Of a stretch of DNA of 64,000 nt, positions 32,103 through 41,640 are shown piece by piece. A model generated the notes under the pieces. That model made no database searches. It worked only from the letters and a program-made list of their open reading frames with translations, and was not told where the DNA came from. Origin of the DNA: Candidatus Omnitrophota bacterium. GTDB taxonomy: Bacteria; Omnitrophota; Gorgyraeia; Zapsychrales; Zapsychraceae. Position numbers and translations under genes: made by a program. The stretch lies in contig JAJDCB010000024.1 of assembly GCA_029261065.1 (NCBI GenBank), positions 12,129-76,128 of the forward strand. Direction: 5' to 3'. Position 1 is the first letter of the stretch. Each line of letters opens with the position of its first letter.

Positions 32103-32875
32103 TTTTTAACATCCTCTTCATCTTTGCCAGCTAAAAACGCTGCTCGTCCTCCATAAGCTCCTCGTAGATTCTCCGGGGTAAGGACAGTTGTGACGGAACC
32201 TAAGGCAATACGTCTAATATTCAGTAACATGACCCAATCAAAATATTCTTTAAGGGTTTGTAAATCGTGATGGACACATATAACAGTTTTGTTATTTTGT
32301 TTAAGTTCTCGTAATAATTCGATAATGCTTTTCTCCGTTGTGGCATCTACACCAGCAAACGGTTCATCCATTAAATATATGGGGGCATCTTGCATAAAAG
32401 CGCGCGCTATAAAGACACGTTGTTGTTGACCGCCGGATAATTGACTTATTTGCCGATTAACGAAATCAGCCATGCCGACTTTCTCTAAACATTGAAAAGC
32501 TAATCTTTTTTCTTCTTTTCCAGGACGCTTAAACCAACCTAACTGACCGTAGCCCCCCATCATGACAACATCAAGAACGTTTGTTGGGAAATCCCAATCA
32601 ACGGTGCCTCGTTGAGGCACATAACCAATAAGCCGAGATTGAGGTTTATATTCTTTACCCATTACTAAAACTTGACCAGCAGCAGGTTTAATTAATCCTA
32701 AGATGGTTTTAATGAGTGTTGATTTCCCTGCACCATTTGGTCCAACGATGGCTAATAATTTTCCTTGAGGCGCCTGAAAATCAACATCCCAGAGAACCGG
32801 TTTCTCACGGTAGGCCACGGTTAAGTCATGAACATCAATGGCAGATAAAGTTTTTTGTTTTGTTTTAGCATTCAT
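32099..32875 (-). CDS. Mn/Zn ABC transporter ATPase (TroB/MntB-like)
   Basis: GPNGAGKST, VDWDFP, LSGGQQQR, DEPFAGVD, HHDL. Confidence 0.95.
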   Translation of the reverse strand: MNAKTKQKTLSAIDVHDLTVAYREKPVLWDVDFQAPQGKLLAIVGPNGAGKSTLIKTILGLIKPAAGQVLVMGKEYKPQSRLIGYVPQRGTVDWDFPTNVLDVVMMGGYGQLGWFKRPGKEEKRLAFQCLEKVGMADFVNRQISQLSGGQQQRVFIARAFMQDAPIYLMDEPFAGVDATTEKSIIELLRELKQNNKTVICVHHDLQTLKEYFDWVMLLNIRRIALGSVTTVLTPENLRGAYGGRAAFLAGKDEEDVKK

Positions 32876-32895
32876 TTATTCATCTCCAATAACGC

Positions 32896-33810
32896 TTACT
32901 TTAAGGAGTCTACGATAGTATCAATATTATGCGTGACCATTCCTAAATAAGTACCTTCAACTGTTCCTCTATCACCTAAGGCATCAGAAAATAATTCGCC
33001 TCCAATTTTTACATCCCAATTGCGTGAACGAACAGCTTCAACAACGGCTTTGATGTTTCTTTCAGGTACAGAGCTTTCAACAAATAAGGCTTTTATTTTT
33101 CTTTTCGTAATAAAATCAGCCAACCTCATGACATCGGCTGCACCTGCTTGTGATTCTGTACTTATGCCTTGTAAGCCAACAACTTCAAATCCATATTTTC
33201 TACCAAAATAACGAAAAGCATCGTGAGCTGTGACTAAAACGCGCTGATTTTCTTCCAACTCCTGACTACGTTTGGAAATATAATCATGTGTTTTATCAAT
33301 CTCTTTTAAATAATCGTTTGCTCTTTTTTCATATTCATCCGAATGATCGGCATCATATTCTATAAGCGAATCACGTATTTTCTCCACACAAAGTTTCCAT
33401 AAATGAAGATCAAACCAAATATGAGGATCATAATGACCTTTATAATCCACACTATCTAGTAAAAAATTTACAGGAACCTTATCAGATACAGCAACGACCA
33501 TTAGCTTTCTATGCATTTTTTGAAAGATGACGCTCATTTTAGCTTCTAAATTTAACCCATTATAAAAAATGATTTGAGCATTTGCTAATTTTCTAACATC
33601 ACTTTCACTGGCCTTATATAAATGAGGATCAACACCTGGTCCCATCAAACCATGAACTAGCACATGATCCCCCCCAATAATTCTGACAATGTCCGTTATT
33701 TGACCGGTGGTTGAAACAATTTTTATCTTCTTTGGCTGTGCCTCTACACTCGCTAAGGGTAAGACCATAAAAAAGAAAAGTGATAGGCTTAATATTAATG
33801 TTTTTTTCAT
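32896..33810 (-). CDS. Mn/Zn ABC transporter substrate-binding protein (TroA/MntA-like)
   Basis: GVDPHLY, DPHIWFD, TAHDAFRYF, FSDALG. Confidence 0.95.
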   Translation of the reverse strand: MKKTLILSLSLFFFMVLPLASVEAQPKKIKIVSTTGQITDIVRIIGGDHVLVHGLMGPGVDPHLYKASESDVRKLANAQIIFYNGLNLEAKMSVIFQKMHRKLMVVAVSDKVPVNFLLDSVDYKGHYDPHIWFDLHLWKLCVEKIRDSLIEYDADHSDEYEKRANDYLKEIDKTHDYISKRSQELEENQRVLVTAHDAFRYFGRKYGFEVVGLQGISTESQAGAADVMRLADFITKRKIKALFVESSVPERNIKAVVEAVRSRNWDVKIGGELFSDALGDRGTVEGTYLGMVTHNIDTIVDSLK

Positions 33811-33834
33811 AAATAACCTCTAATTTAAATTAAG

Positions 33835-34287
33835 TTAGTTTTTACATTGTTTACAGATTCCGTAAAAATGCATTTCGTGTCCCAAAATCAGAAACCCTTT
33901 CTTTTTAAGAAGATCCTCATAAATTTTGTGTTCTCCTAAATCAGGAAATTCTAGGTTCTCATGACATCGGATACATCGGGCGTGATGATGGAGTTTTTCA
34001 TCATAAATGTGTTCGTAATGATGGTGTTTATCGCCAAAAGCTGTCTCTCGAATGATCCCTGCTTCAAGTAATTCTTTAAGGCAGCGATAAATGGTAGCGC
34101 GTGAGATATTACGTTTATTGTTTTTACATTGTTTAACAAGTTCCTCAGGGGCAAAATGACCGTGCGCATGCATCACTTCATCGAAGATGATTTTTCGACC
34201 ATCTGTATAACGCAAACGATTATTGAGAAGATATTTCTCAAATCGTTTTTCTTCTTTTTGAATTTTATTTTGTGTGCGCTTACTCAT
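33835..34287 (-). CDS. Fur-family transcriptional regulator
   Basis: SRATIYR, HHHARCIRC, GICKQC. Confidence 0.93.
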   Translation of the reverse strand: MSKRTQNKIQKEEKRFEKYLLNNRLRYTDGRKIIFDEVMHAHGHFAPEELVKQCKNNKRNISRATIYRCLKELLEAGIIRETAFGDKHHHYEHIYDEKLHHHARCIRCHENLEFPDLGEHKIYEDLLKKKGFLILGHEMHFYGICKQCKN

Positions 34288-34306
34288 ATGAGACAGTGTA
34301 TCATAT
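34286..34306. promoter_or_regulatory. Candidate Fur-family operator overlapping the -10 and start codon of the fur-tro operon
   Basis: 21-bp imperfect palindrome ATATGAGACAGTGTATCATAT (9 of 10 pairs), 7-1-7 TGA-N9-TCA architecture. Confidence 0.6.
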
Positions 34307-34313
34307 ATATAAT

Positions 34314-34352
34314 AAAAAACAAGAGCTAATTTTTTCTTAGCCCTTGTTTTTT
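34314..34352 (-). terminator. Intrinsic terminator after the thioredoxin-family gene
   Basis: ACAAGGGCTAA-loop-TTAGCTCTTGT followed by a T-run. Confidence 0.6.
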
Positions 34353-34392
34353 AATAAATTTACAATGTTCTAAATACTTGAAATAAAAGGAA

Positions 34393-34947
34393 TTATGAGG
34401 CATTCCACTTAATCGAACATCCCATAGATGGCATTTGTTTCCCCTCAACAGCAAGTCCAGCAGCATGATTATTTAAAGCTTCCTTAAGCTCCTCACGGGT
34501 GACTTTTGACTCGTCCTTCCAATTATCATCAATCCGGCCATGATAAACCAATTCTTTATCTTTATTGAAGAGATAAATGTCTGGCGTGCATTGGGCGCGA
34601 AAACTTTTTGCCACCTCTTGCGTTTCATCAACTAAATATGGAAAATCAATCCCATGTTCCTTGATTATAAGTTTCATGTTTTCTGGAGAGTCTTCAGGAA
34701 AATCTGGATGAATGTTAGGATTAATCGCAATTGAATTAATCCTCATGCCCTTGGCATATTGAGCCAAACGGACCAAACGCGACCAAACTGCAATGGCATA
34801 AGGACAATGATTACAGGTAAATGCGATCAATAGGCCTCTATCTCCGAATTGCTCAGATCCCTTTATTATTTGACCATCTGGATTTTTAAGTTCAAAGTCT
34901 GTCATCTTTGTTCCTAAAGGAACAAGAATAGATTCTAATAATGCCAT
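34393..34947 (-). CDS. Thioredoxin-fold / AhpC-TSA family protein
   Basis: FTCNHCPY, AQCTPD, YHGRIDD, PSMGCSIKW. Confidence 0.9.
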   Translation of the reverse strand: MALLESILVPLGTKMTDFELKNPDGQIIKGSEQFGDRGLLIAFTCNHCPYAIAVWSRLVRLAQYAKGMRINSIAINPNIHPDFPEDSPENMKLIIKEHGIDFPYLVDETQEVAKSFRAQCTPDIYLFNKDKELVYHGRIDDNWKDESKVTREELKEALNNHAAGLAVEGKQMPSMGCSIKWNAS

Positions 34948-35039
34948 TAGTTGCCTCCATGCTTAAATTATGATGAATTTGAAGATTAATTATAGATAAA
35001 CCTTAAGGACTGTCAAGAAGATTTAAGGGGACCTATCTC

Positions 35040-35615
35040 TTAGAAAGTAAATTTGAATTTAAAAGATTCTTTTGATTGCTCGAAGAATTTCCTAAAATTT
35101 TTAAATTGCGTATCTTCGGCTTGATATTGAATTTTGTAAAGTTTGTTATTATCTGTAATCATATAAAACTCAATATATAATCTTTTTTCCTTTAAGTTAT
35201 GAAAAAAGACCCATTTGGAGAGTTGTTTTGAAATTTTGATCTCACCATTATCAATAATTTTATAACCGTATTTTTTAATAGTACTAAGAATCTGAGGAAA
35301 ATCATCTTCTATCCAGGCTGCTGATGTTAGTTGATGAACGAGGACCGACATCTGAGCGATGGGTTTATCTGTTAATTCATTTATCTGTGGTGTTGATGCT
35401 TTTGCTTCTTGTGGTTTGGCACTACTATAAAACGGCTTTTTTGTAGAACCACCTTCATACGTTTCCACAACTTCCCAACCTTCAGGAAAAATTATAGTAT
35501 AACCATCACCTTTGTAAATGGGGGATTTAAACAGACAGCCTTGTGCTGTAAAAATCAAAATCGAGAATAAAAATATGGAAAGAAAAATGTGTTTACATTT
35601 ATTTATAAATCTCAT
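35040..35615 (-). CDS. Putative lipoprotein, PsbP/DcrB-like fold
   Basis: Lipobox-like AQGC; GYTIIFPEGW and a C-terminal ..SFKF pattern typical of PsbP-related proteins. Confidence 0.55.
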   Translation of the reverse strand: MRFINKCKHIFLSIFLFSILIFTAQGCLFKSPIYKGDGYTIIFPEGWEVVETYEGGSTKKPFYSSAKPQEAKASTPQINELTDKPIAQMSVLVHQLTSAAWIEDDFPQILSTIKKYGYKIIDNGEIKISKQLSKWVFFHNLKEKRLYIEFYMITDNNKLYKIQYQAEDTQFKNFRKFFEQSKESFKFKFTF

Positions 35616-35623
35616 ATCACTCC

Positions 35624-36769
35624 TTATTCTGTGTTAAGTCGTTGCCCTTTTTGATCATATTCTTTTGTTGCGACTAGTTTACCATTTTTATAAATCCATT
35701 CAACTCTAATATCTCCATTTTCATAAAACTCTTTTGTGGGGCCATCTTGAACGTCGTCTTTGTAATGATAAATGGCCTTACATTCCCCACTTTCTAAATA
35801 TTCCGTACTCGCCCCATTTAGCTTATCATTGCAATAATTCTTTTCATAATGCAGCTTTCCATCATCATAATATTCTTTGGTTAAACCATTTAATTCATTA
35901 TTTTTATACTGCCATTCCATTTTTAGAGTTCCATTTTCTAAAAATTCTTTAGATAGCCCATTTAATTGATCAGTATCATAGGTGCGTTGGTAGTGTAGTT
36001 GACTATTTAGAAAATATTCATTTGATAGTCCGCTAAGTTGGTTATTTTTGTAGTTCCAGCTAAACAAAAGATTATTAGATTGATCAAATTCGCGGGCCTC
36101 GCCTTCAAGGGTATCATTTTGATAGGGCCATTCGATAATTTTTTTCTCCTCTATTCTAAATTCTTTGGAGGATCCATTTAAAAATCCCTTTTCATAGTTC
36201 CATTGATATATTAAATTATTGTTATCATCATATTCTTCTGTAACGCCATGTTGTTCCATATTCAGATAATGTTTTTTAAAAATAACGGTTCCATTTTCTC
36301 TAAATTCTGTATGCATCCCATCTTTAAGCCTATCATTCTCAAAATGCCATTGATGAATAAGGTTTCCTTGTTTATCAAATTCTTGAGATAAGCCTTCAAG
36401 CTTTTCGTTTACATAATGACGTTCATAATGTAGCCCACCTTCTTCATAAAATTCTTTATGCACGCCATCTATGATCCTCCCTTTTTGAAAAGACCATTCC
36501 ATATGGAGATGTCCGCTTGGGTAGAAATCTTTGTGGGTGCCATCTGTAAGATTACCGTCTTTATAGAGCCTTTCTGAGCGTAGAGCTCCGTCTTCGTAAT
36601 ATGCTTTAAGAAGTCCTTCCATGTAATCATCTTTATATGGTTTTTCTTCTCTTATTTGGCCGCTTTTATAGAATTCCGTATAAACACCTTCTTTTTTACC
36701 ATAAAGTTCGTGCCACTGGGCTTTAAGCTCTCCAGAATCATAAAAAATCTTTTTTAAGGCGTGTTTCAT
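35624..36769 (-). CDS. MORN-variant repeat protein (YwqK family)
   Basis: About 15 repeats of G..KEYY/FxxG.L..E..Y/KxxxLxG. Confidence 0.85.
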   Translation of the reverse strand: MKHALKKIFYDSGELKAQWHELYGKKEGVYTEFYKSGQIREEKPYKDDYMEGLLKAYYEDGALRSERLYKDGNLTDGTHKDFYPSGHLHMEWSFQKGRIIDGVHKEFYEEGGLHYERHYVNEKLEGLSQEFDKQGNLIHQWHFENDRLKDGMHTEFRENGTVIFKKHYLNMEQHGVTEEYDDNNNLIYQWNYEKGFLNGSSKEFRIEEKKIIEWPYQNDTLEGEAREFDQSNNLLFSWNYKNNQLSGLSNEYFLNSQLHYQRTYDTDQLNGLSKEFLENGTLKMEWQYKNNELNGLTKEYYDDGKLHYEKNYCNDKLNGASTEYLESGECKAIYHYKDDVQDGPTKEFYENGDIRVEWIYKNGKLVATKEYDQKGQRLNTE

Positions 36770-36858
36770 ACAGCAAGTATAGCATTTTTGTGTTGCAGGT
36801 TAAAGTTGTAAATGTATAATATGAACGTTAATAATCATTAAATTAAGGAAAAATCACT

Positions 36859-37503
36859 ATGTCTATACCTGCCAATATGATCCTCCATCAAATGGAATTA
36901 GGTCCTTTACAGAACTTTCTCTACTTTATAGGGGATGCTGAGAGCCAAGAAATTGCGGTCATTGATCCAGCCTGGGATGTCGAATATCTGTGCGATCAAG
37001 CAGATAGTAAAGGATACAAGATAAAATATGTGTTTTTAACCCACGGTCACCCTGATCATGTCAATGGTTTGGATGATATGCTTAAGCGCTATGATGTTCC
37101 TGCCTACATCTCCAAACACGAAGCACCCTTTTATATGCCCAAACATAAAAATATTATAGAAGTTGAGAACGGAGAAATTTTAAAGGTAGGTAATATTGAA
37201 TTTGAATGCATCTTAATGCCTGGACATACCCCTGGTTGCCAGAGTTTTAAACATCAAGATGTGCTTATTACGGGAGATGCTATTTTTATTGATGGTTGTG
37301 GGCGTTGTGATTTACCAGGTGGGGATCCAGCCGTTATGTATGATACGCTTTATGATATCGTTATGAAACTTCCGGATTCAACTCTTCTCTATCCCGGCCA
37401 CAACTACGGTCCAACTCCTTTTGATACCTTAGGGCATCAAAAAATAACCAATCATTATTTGTTATGCAGCAGTAAGGAAGAATTTCTGGAAACGAGGATG
37501 TGA
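36859..37503 (+). CDS. MBL-fold metallohydrolase (glyoxalase II / HAGH-like)
   Basis: THGHPDH, PGHTPG, TGDAIF, GCGRCD, YPGHNY. Confidence 0.9.
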   Translation: MSIPANMILHQMELGPLQNFLYFIGDAESQEIAVIDPAWDVEYLCDQADSKGYKIKYVFLTHGHPDHVNGLDDMLKRYDVPAYISKHEAPFYMPKHKNIIEVENGEILKVGNIEFECILMPGHTPGCQSFKHQDVLITGDAIFIDGCGRCDLPGGDPAVMYDTLYDIVMKLPDSTLLYPGHNYGPTPFDTLGHQKITNHYLLCSSKEEFLETRM

Positions 37504-37571
37504 TTTTGGAAGGTGGGTTTTAATAGTGCTAGCGTGTTAAAAGTTATCTACAACTTTATCACTATTTTATT

Positions 37572-39239
37572 CTATTTCTTTTTATGATGTACTTTCCATT
37601 TCATTTTCCCAAGCACACTTTGAGCAATATTCGTTAGTCGATCACCAATTTTTTCTAAATTATCAATATATTCCAGAAAAACAAAACCAGCTTCCAAGTG
37701 AGAGTTTCCTTTATTAAGCCGTAGAATATGAGCTTCTTTGATTTTTTCTTGCAAGCCATTAATCGTCTCTTCTCGTTCCAACATCTTTTTAGCCGTAGCC
37801 GTATCATTGTTTCTCAAGGCATAATCAGCTTCCTCAAACATAGTGCTTATTTCCTGCCACATCAGTTTAATTTCCGAAACGGCTTGTTCGGAGATGACTA
37901 ATTTTTCACTTATTTTTCTTCTTGCTGCCTCAGCCAAATTCTGAGCATGGTCACCAATACGCTCAATATCATTGACATTATGTATTAAAACGGGTAACTC
38001 TTCCGATTCTTCTTTTAAAAGGTTCCTTTGCGATAAATCAACGATATATTGCGTAATGGAGGATTGAAGATTATCTGTGATATTTTCCAACTCAATAACA
38101 TCCGCAATTTTTTTAGAATCATCGTATAAAAAAGAATCAATGCCTTTTGTGACGGCTTTTCTAGCAATTTTTAACATATAAATATTTTCTTTATGAATTT
38201 GTTCTAAAGCCAGCGTTGGGGTATCAAGGAGATGTGTTTCTAAATATTGCGTTCCATAATCGAGTCCCTCTTCTTTTTGAGGAACCAGCCAAATACAGGC
38301 TTTTTCAAGAATGCCTATAAAAGGTAAAAAGAATAACGTGTTTAAGACATTAAAGGTGCTGTGGGAGACCGCAATGTAGAACATAATATTTTCTGTCGTA
38401 ATATTTCCTGGAATAATAAAATCAATAAAATGGATGAACCATCCTGTGTATACGAAAATAAGCATGTAGCCCACACCTAAGGTATTAAAGAGAAAATGGG
38501 ACATCGCAGCCCTTCTAGCGTTTAGATTGGTACCCAAAGAGGCCATCCAAGCAGTCACCGTGGTTCCGATGTTATCTCCTAAAATGATGGGTATGGCCGC
38601 ATCAAAGCTGATTACGCCGTTAAAGGCAAGAACTTGGACAATGGCAATTGTTGCAGAGGAACTTTGAAGTAAGACGGTAAAAACAACTCCAGCAAGAACG
38701 CCTAACATAGGATGTTCGCTAAAACTAGTAAAGACATCTTTAACGTATTGACTTTCTTTAAGGGGACTAAAAGCATCTTTTAAATAATGTAAACCAATAA
38801 AGAGAATACCAAAACCAAATAAAACTTGTCCCCAGGATTGAACTTTTTTTGTTTTTGCAAAAGACATAATGGCAAAACCTATGCCAATGGCTGGAAGGGC
38901 GTATTGCGAAATTTTAAATACAGACATTGAGGAAACAAGCCACGCGGTAAAGGTTGTCCCAATATTCGCGCCCATAATAACAGGTATAGCTTGTTTGAGA
39001 ACAAGTAATCCTGCATTAACAAAACCAACAACCATGACGGTTGTCGCTGATGACGATTGTATGAGAACTGTGACTAAGGCACCGACCATAACGCCAAAAA
39101 CACGATGTTTTGTCACATGATGTAGGAAACTTTTAAGTTTGTTACCAGCTATCTTTTTTAAGCCTTCGGACATCGTCTTCATGCCAAAGAAAAAGAAACC
39201 TAAGCCGCCTAGTAATCCAAAAATTAAATCTGGTATCAT
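37572..39239 (-). CDS. Na+/Pi cotransporter family protein with PhoU domains
   Basis: Two QSSSA repeats, GANIGTT, GDNIGTT, DIERIGDH, LEKIGD. Confidence 0.93.
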   Translation of the reverse strand: MIPDLIFGLLGGLGFFFFGMKTMSEGLKKIAGNKLKSFLHHVTKHRVFGVMVGALVTVLIQSSSATTVMVVGFVNAGLLVLKQAIPVIMGANIGTTFTAWLVSSMSVFKISQYALPAIGIGFAIMSFAKTKKVQSWGQVLFGFGILFIGLHYLKDAFSPLKESQYVKDVFTSFSEHPMLGVLAGVVFTVLLQSSSATIAIVQVLAFNGVISFDAAIPIILGDNIGTTVTAWMASLGTNLNARRAAMSHFLFNTLGVGYMLIFVYTGWFIHFIDFIIPGNITTENIMFYIAVSHSTFNVLNTLFFLPFIGILEKACIWLVPQKEEGLDYGTQYLETHLLDTPTLALEQIHKENIYMLKIARKAVTKGIDSFLYDDSKKIADVIELENITDNLQSSITQYIVDLSQRNLLKEESEELPVLIHNVNDIERIGDHAQNLAEAARRKISEKLVISEQAVSEIKLMWQEISTMFEEADYALRNNDTATAKKMLEREETINGLQEKIKEAHILRLNKGNSHLEAGFVFLEYIDNLEKIGDRLTNIAQSVLGKMKWKVHHKKK

Positions 39240-39347
39240 ATTTTAAAAAACCTTTTGCCAAGCTGATTGACGCAAGTACGCTGTTAGGAGTCTTATGCTA
39301 TATTTTTGATGAAATTCTGTCAATCATAAAACAATATTTCTAATGCC

Positions 39348-39445
39348 TACTGAACTTCGCAAAAGTAATAGGACGGTCTCGGGCTTTGATTCTCCGTCTG
39401 AGGAGTCGATTAGGGAAGGCACTATTACTTTTGCGAAGTTCAGTA
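39348..39445. mobile_element. 98-bp MITE-like element with perfect 24-bp terminal inverted repeats
   Basis: TACTGAACTTCGCAAAAGTAATAG (39348-39371) and CTATTACTTTTGCGAAGTTCAGTA (39422-39445); TA at both ends; no ORF inside. Confidence 0.65.
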
Positions 39446-40309
39446 ATTATTTAATCCTTTGAAAGTTACGGTTTTGATGATCCAACTATATAAAGAAAAT
39501 GGTAATATTTTTCTCATTATAGCCATAATACGGGTTTCTATATCCGGAATATTACGAAATTTAGATTTATTCGCTACAATTAAATTTGATACAAGTTCGG
39601 CCACATCTTCAGGATTTTTTTTGGATGATTCAACATAATCAGAGACTTTATTTTTCAAATGTTGAGACATTGGAAAATAAGGGCTCTCAGGGTTATCAAA
39701 ATTTTTGGCATATTTGCGATTCTCATAGAATATTTTTGTTTTATAGGTGCCTGGTTGCACAAGAAGGACATCGATGCCAAAGAGTTGTAATTCATATCTA
39801 AGAGATTCGCTAAAGGCCTCAAGGGCAAATTTGCTACAATTATAGGCGCTAAAAAAAGGAGATGCTGAGAAGCCAGCGACGCTTGAAATATTGATAATCT
39901 TTCCCTGACGACGCTGCCGCATTAAGGGAATAGCTTCGCGTGTCACATTAAGCACACCAAAAAAGTTTGTCTCCATCTGACTTCTGATGTCTTCATCCGT
40001 TAAATCTTCAAAAGCGCCCCCTATTCCATAACCCGCGTTATTGATCAAAATGTCTAAGTGACCATGTTTGGATGCAATGTGATGCATGGCCTTCTTTATT
40101 GTTTCATTAACAGTGACATCTAACTCTAAAATTTCAGCTGTCGTGTCTCGTATTTTTAATTCACTTAATAATTCACTTTGTTTATCAAGATTGCGCATAG
40201 TGGCATAGACATGATGTCCCTGAGTGGCCAGTCTTACCGCACAAAGCATTCCAAAACCACTGGAACAACCTGTAATGAGAATTATTTTTTTGTTTGGTGA
40301 TTCTGACAT
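39440..40309 (-). CDS. Short-chain dehydrogenase/reductase
   Basis: TGCSSGFG, NNAG, YNCSK catalytic motif. Confidence 0.93.
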   Translation of the reverse strand: MSESPNKKIILITGCSSGFGMLCAVRLATQGHHVYATMRNLDKQSELLSELKIRDTTAEILELDVTVNETIKKAMHHIASKHGHLDILINNAGYGIGGAFEDLTDEDIRSQMETNFFGVLNVTREAIPLMRQRRQGKIINISSVAGFSASPFFSAYNCSKFALEAFSESLRYELQLFGIDVLLVQPGTYKTKIFYENRKYAKNFDNPESPYFPMSQHLKNKVSDYVESSKKNPEDVAELVSNLIVANKSKFRNIPDIETRIMAIMRKILPFSLYSWIIKTVTFKGLNNY

Positions 40310-40326
40310 GAAGTGAGTTTAAAACT

Positions 40327-41397
40327 TTAAGAAGTTGAAATTGTTTTTTGAAGCAAAAGACAATCAACTAATGTTAAGGCGATCATCGCCTCGACAACGG
40401 GTACAACACGTGGACAGATACAGGGATCATGTCGCCCTTTTACTTCAATAGTCGCATCTTCTCCTGAAGCATTAACTGTTTGTTGAGCTGAGGCTATTGA
40501 AGATGGTGGTTTAACAGCAACACGTAGTAAAATATCTTCACCTGTGGATATGCCACCTAATGTCCCTCCGGCATTATTTGTACGCGTGCGGATACGATCA
40601 CCATCTAAATAAAATTTGTCATTATGTTTTGATCCAAGCATTTCGGTGGCATCAAATCCTAGGCCGAATTCTATGCCACGAATCGTTCCAATAGACATCA
40701 GTCCATAGGCTAATTTGGCATTGAGTTTGCCAAAAACAGGATCGCCCAATCCTACAGGTGTTCCATGCACACGTGCTTCAACGACACCCCCAATAGAATC
40801 AAGGTTTTTGCGGGCTTCATCAATTTTTTTTACCATACGTTTGGCAGCCGCTAAATCAGGAGCTCGAACAATGTTTTTTTCAATGACGGAATGATCAATC
40901 TTTTTAGCCTCAACGGATCCGACAGATAGCGTGTAGGCAATGATTTTAATGTTTTGCAAATCTAATATTTTTTTAGCCACGGCACCAGCCGCCACGCGAC
41001 ACGCTGTTTCACGTCCAGAAGATCGGCCTCCTCCTCTATAATCACGAATGCCGTATTTTTTTTGAAATGTATAATCGGCATGTCCAGGACGAAATATATC
41101 TTTAATATTAGAATAATCTTTGGAACGATGATCTTCGTTACGAATTAACATCGCAAGCGATGTTCCTGTTGTCTGTCCTTCAAAAACACCGGACAAGATT
41201 TCAACAGTATCGCTTTCTTTACGTTGGGTTGTGATTTTGCTTTGACCTGGACGTCTACGATCAAGATCGAATTGAATGTCTTTTTCAGAGAGAGGAATTT
41301 GGGGTGGCACGCCATCAACGATAACACCAATGGCTGGCCCATGGCTTTCGCCAAAGGTTGTTACTTTAAAAATGTCGCCGTATGAGTTTCCTGCCAT
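40327..41397 (-). CDS. aroC: Chorismate synthase
   Basis: TFGESHG, RRPGQS, RPGHAD, GGGRSSGRET, GRHDPC. Confidence 0.97.
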   Translation of the reverse strand: MAGNSYGDIFKVTTFGESHGPAIGVIVDGVPPQIPLSEKDIQFDLDRRRPGQSKITTQRKESDTVEILSGVFEGQTTGTSLAMLIRNEDHRSKDYSNIKDIFRPGHADYTFQKKYGIRDYRGGGRSSGRETACRVAAGAVAKKILDLQNIKIIAYTLSVGSVEAKKIDHSVIEKNIVRAPDLAAAKRMVKKIDEARKNLDSIGGVVEARVHGTPVGLGDPVFGKLNAKLAYGLMSIGTIRGIEFGLGFDATEMLGSKHNDKFYLDGDRIRTRTNNAGGTLGGISTGEDILLRVAVKPPSSIASAQQTVNASGEDATIEVKGRHDPCICPRVVPVVEAMIALTLVDCLLLQKTISTS

Positions 41398-41419
41398 TTT
41401 TAACCTTTATTAAAATAAT

Positions 41420-41630
41420 CAAGTTACAAGTTATCGGCCTTCGGCCGACCTTGAGCGTCTGGACGACGCCAAGGCAAGTTATACCAGCCTTTGGCCGGTA
41501 CCCGCGTATATGGGTTGCGGGCAAAAAATAATCAATAACCAAATACATTAATAAACAAACGTTTGATTATTTTGTTTTTGGTATTTGTTTCTTTTTTGTC
41601 TCTTGTATCTTGTTATCTTGGATGTTTAAT
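41420..41630. repeat. Structured intergenic region: CAAGTTA heptamers, four GC-rich hairpins and a low-complexity heptamer-like tract
   Basis: Hairpins at 41434-41448, 41449-41474, 41482-41500 and 41501-41521; CAAGTTA at 41420, 41427, 41475; TCTTGT/TTTGT-type repeats downstream. Confidence 0.6.
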
Positions 41631-41640
41631 ACGCTTTTTA

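Noticed and set aside
39240-39300. Na+ or phosphate-sensing riboswitch before the Na/Pi transporter
   Set aside because: Short leader with no consensus I could match confidently.
41420-41630. CRISPR mini-array, or the 60-aa ORF 41366..41548
   Set aside because: No identical repeats with unique spacers and no cas genes; the ORF is out of frame with aroC and runs through hairpins.
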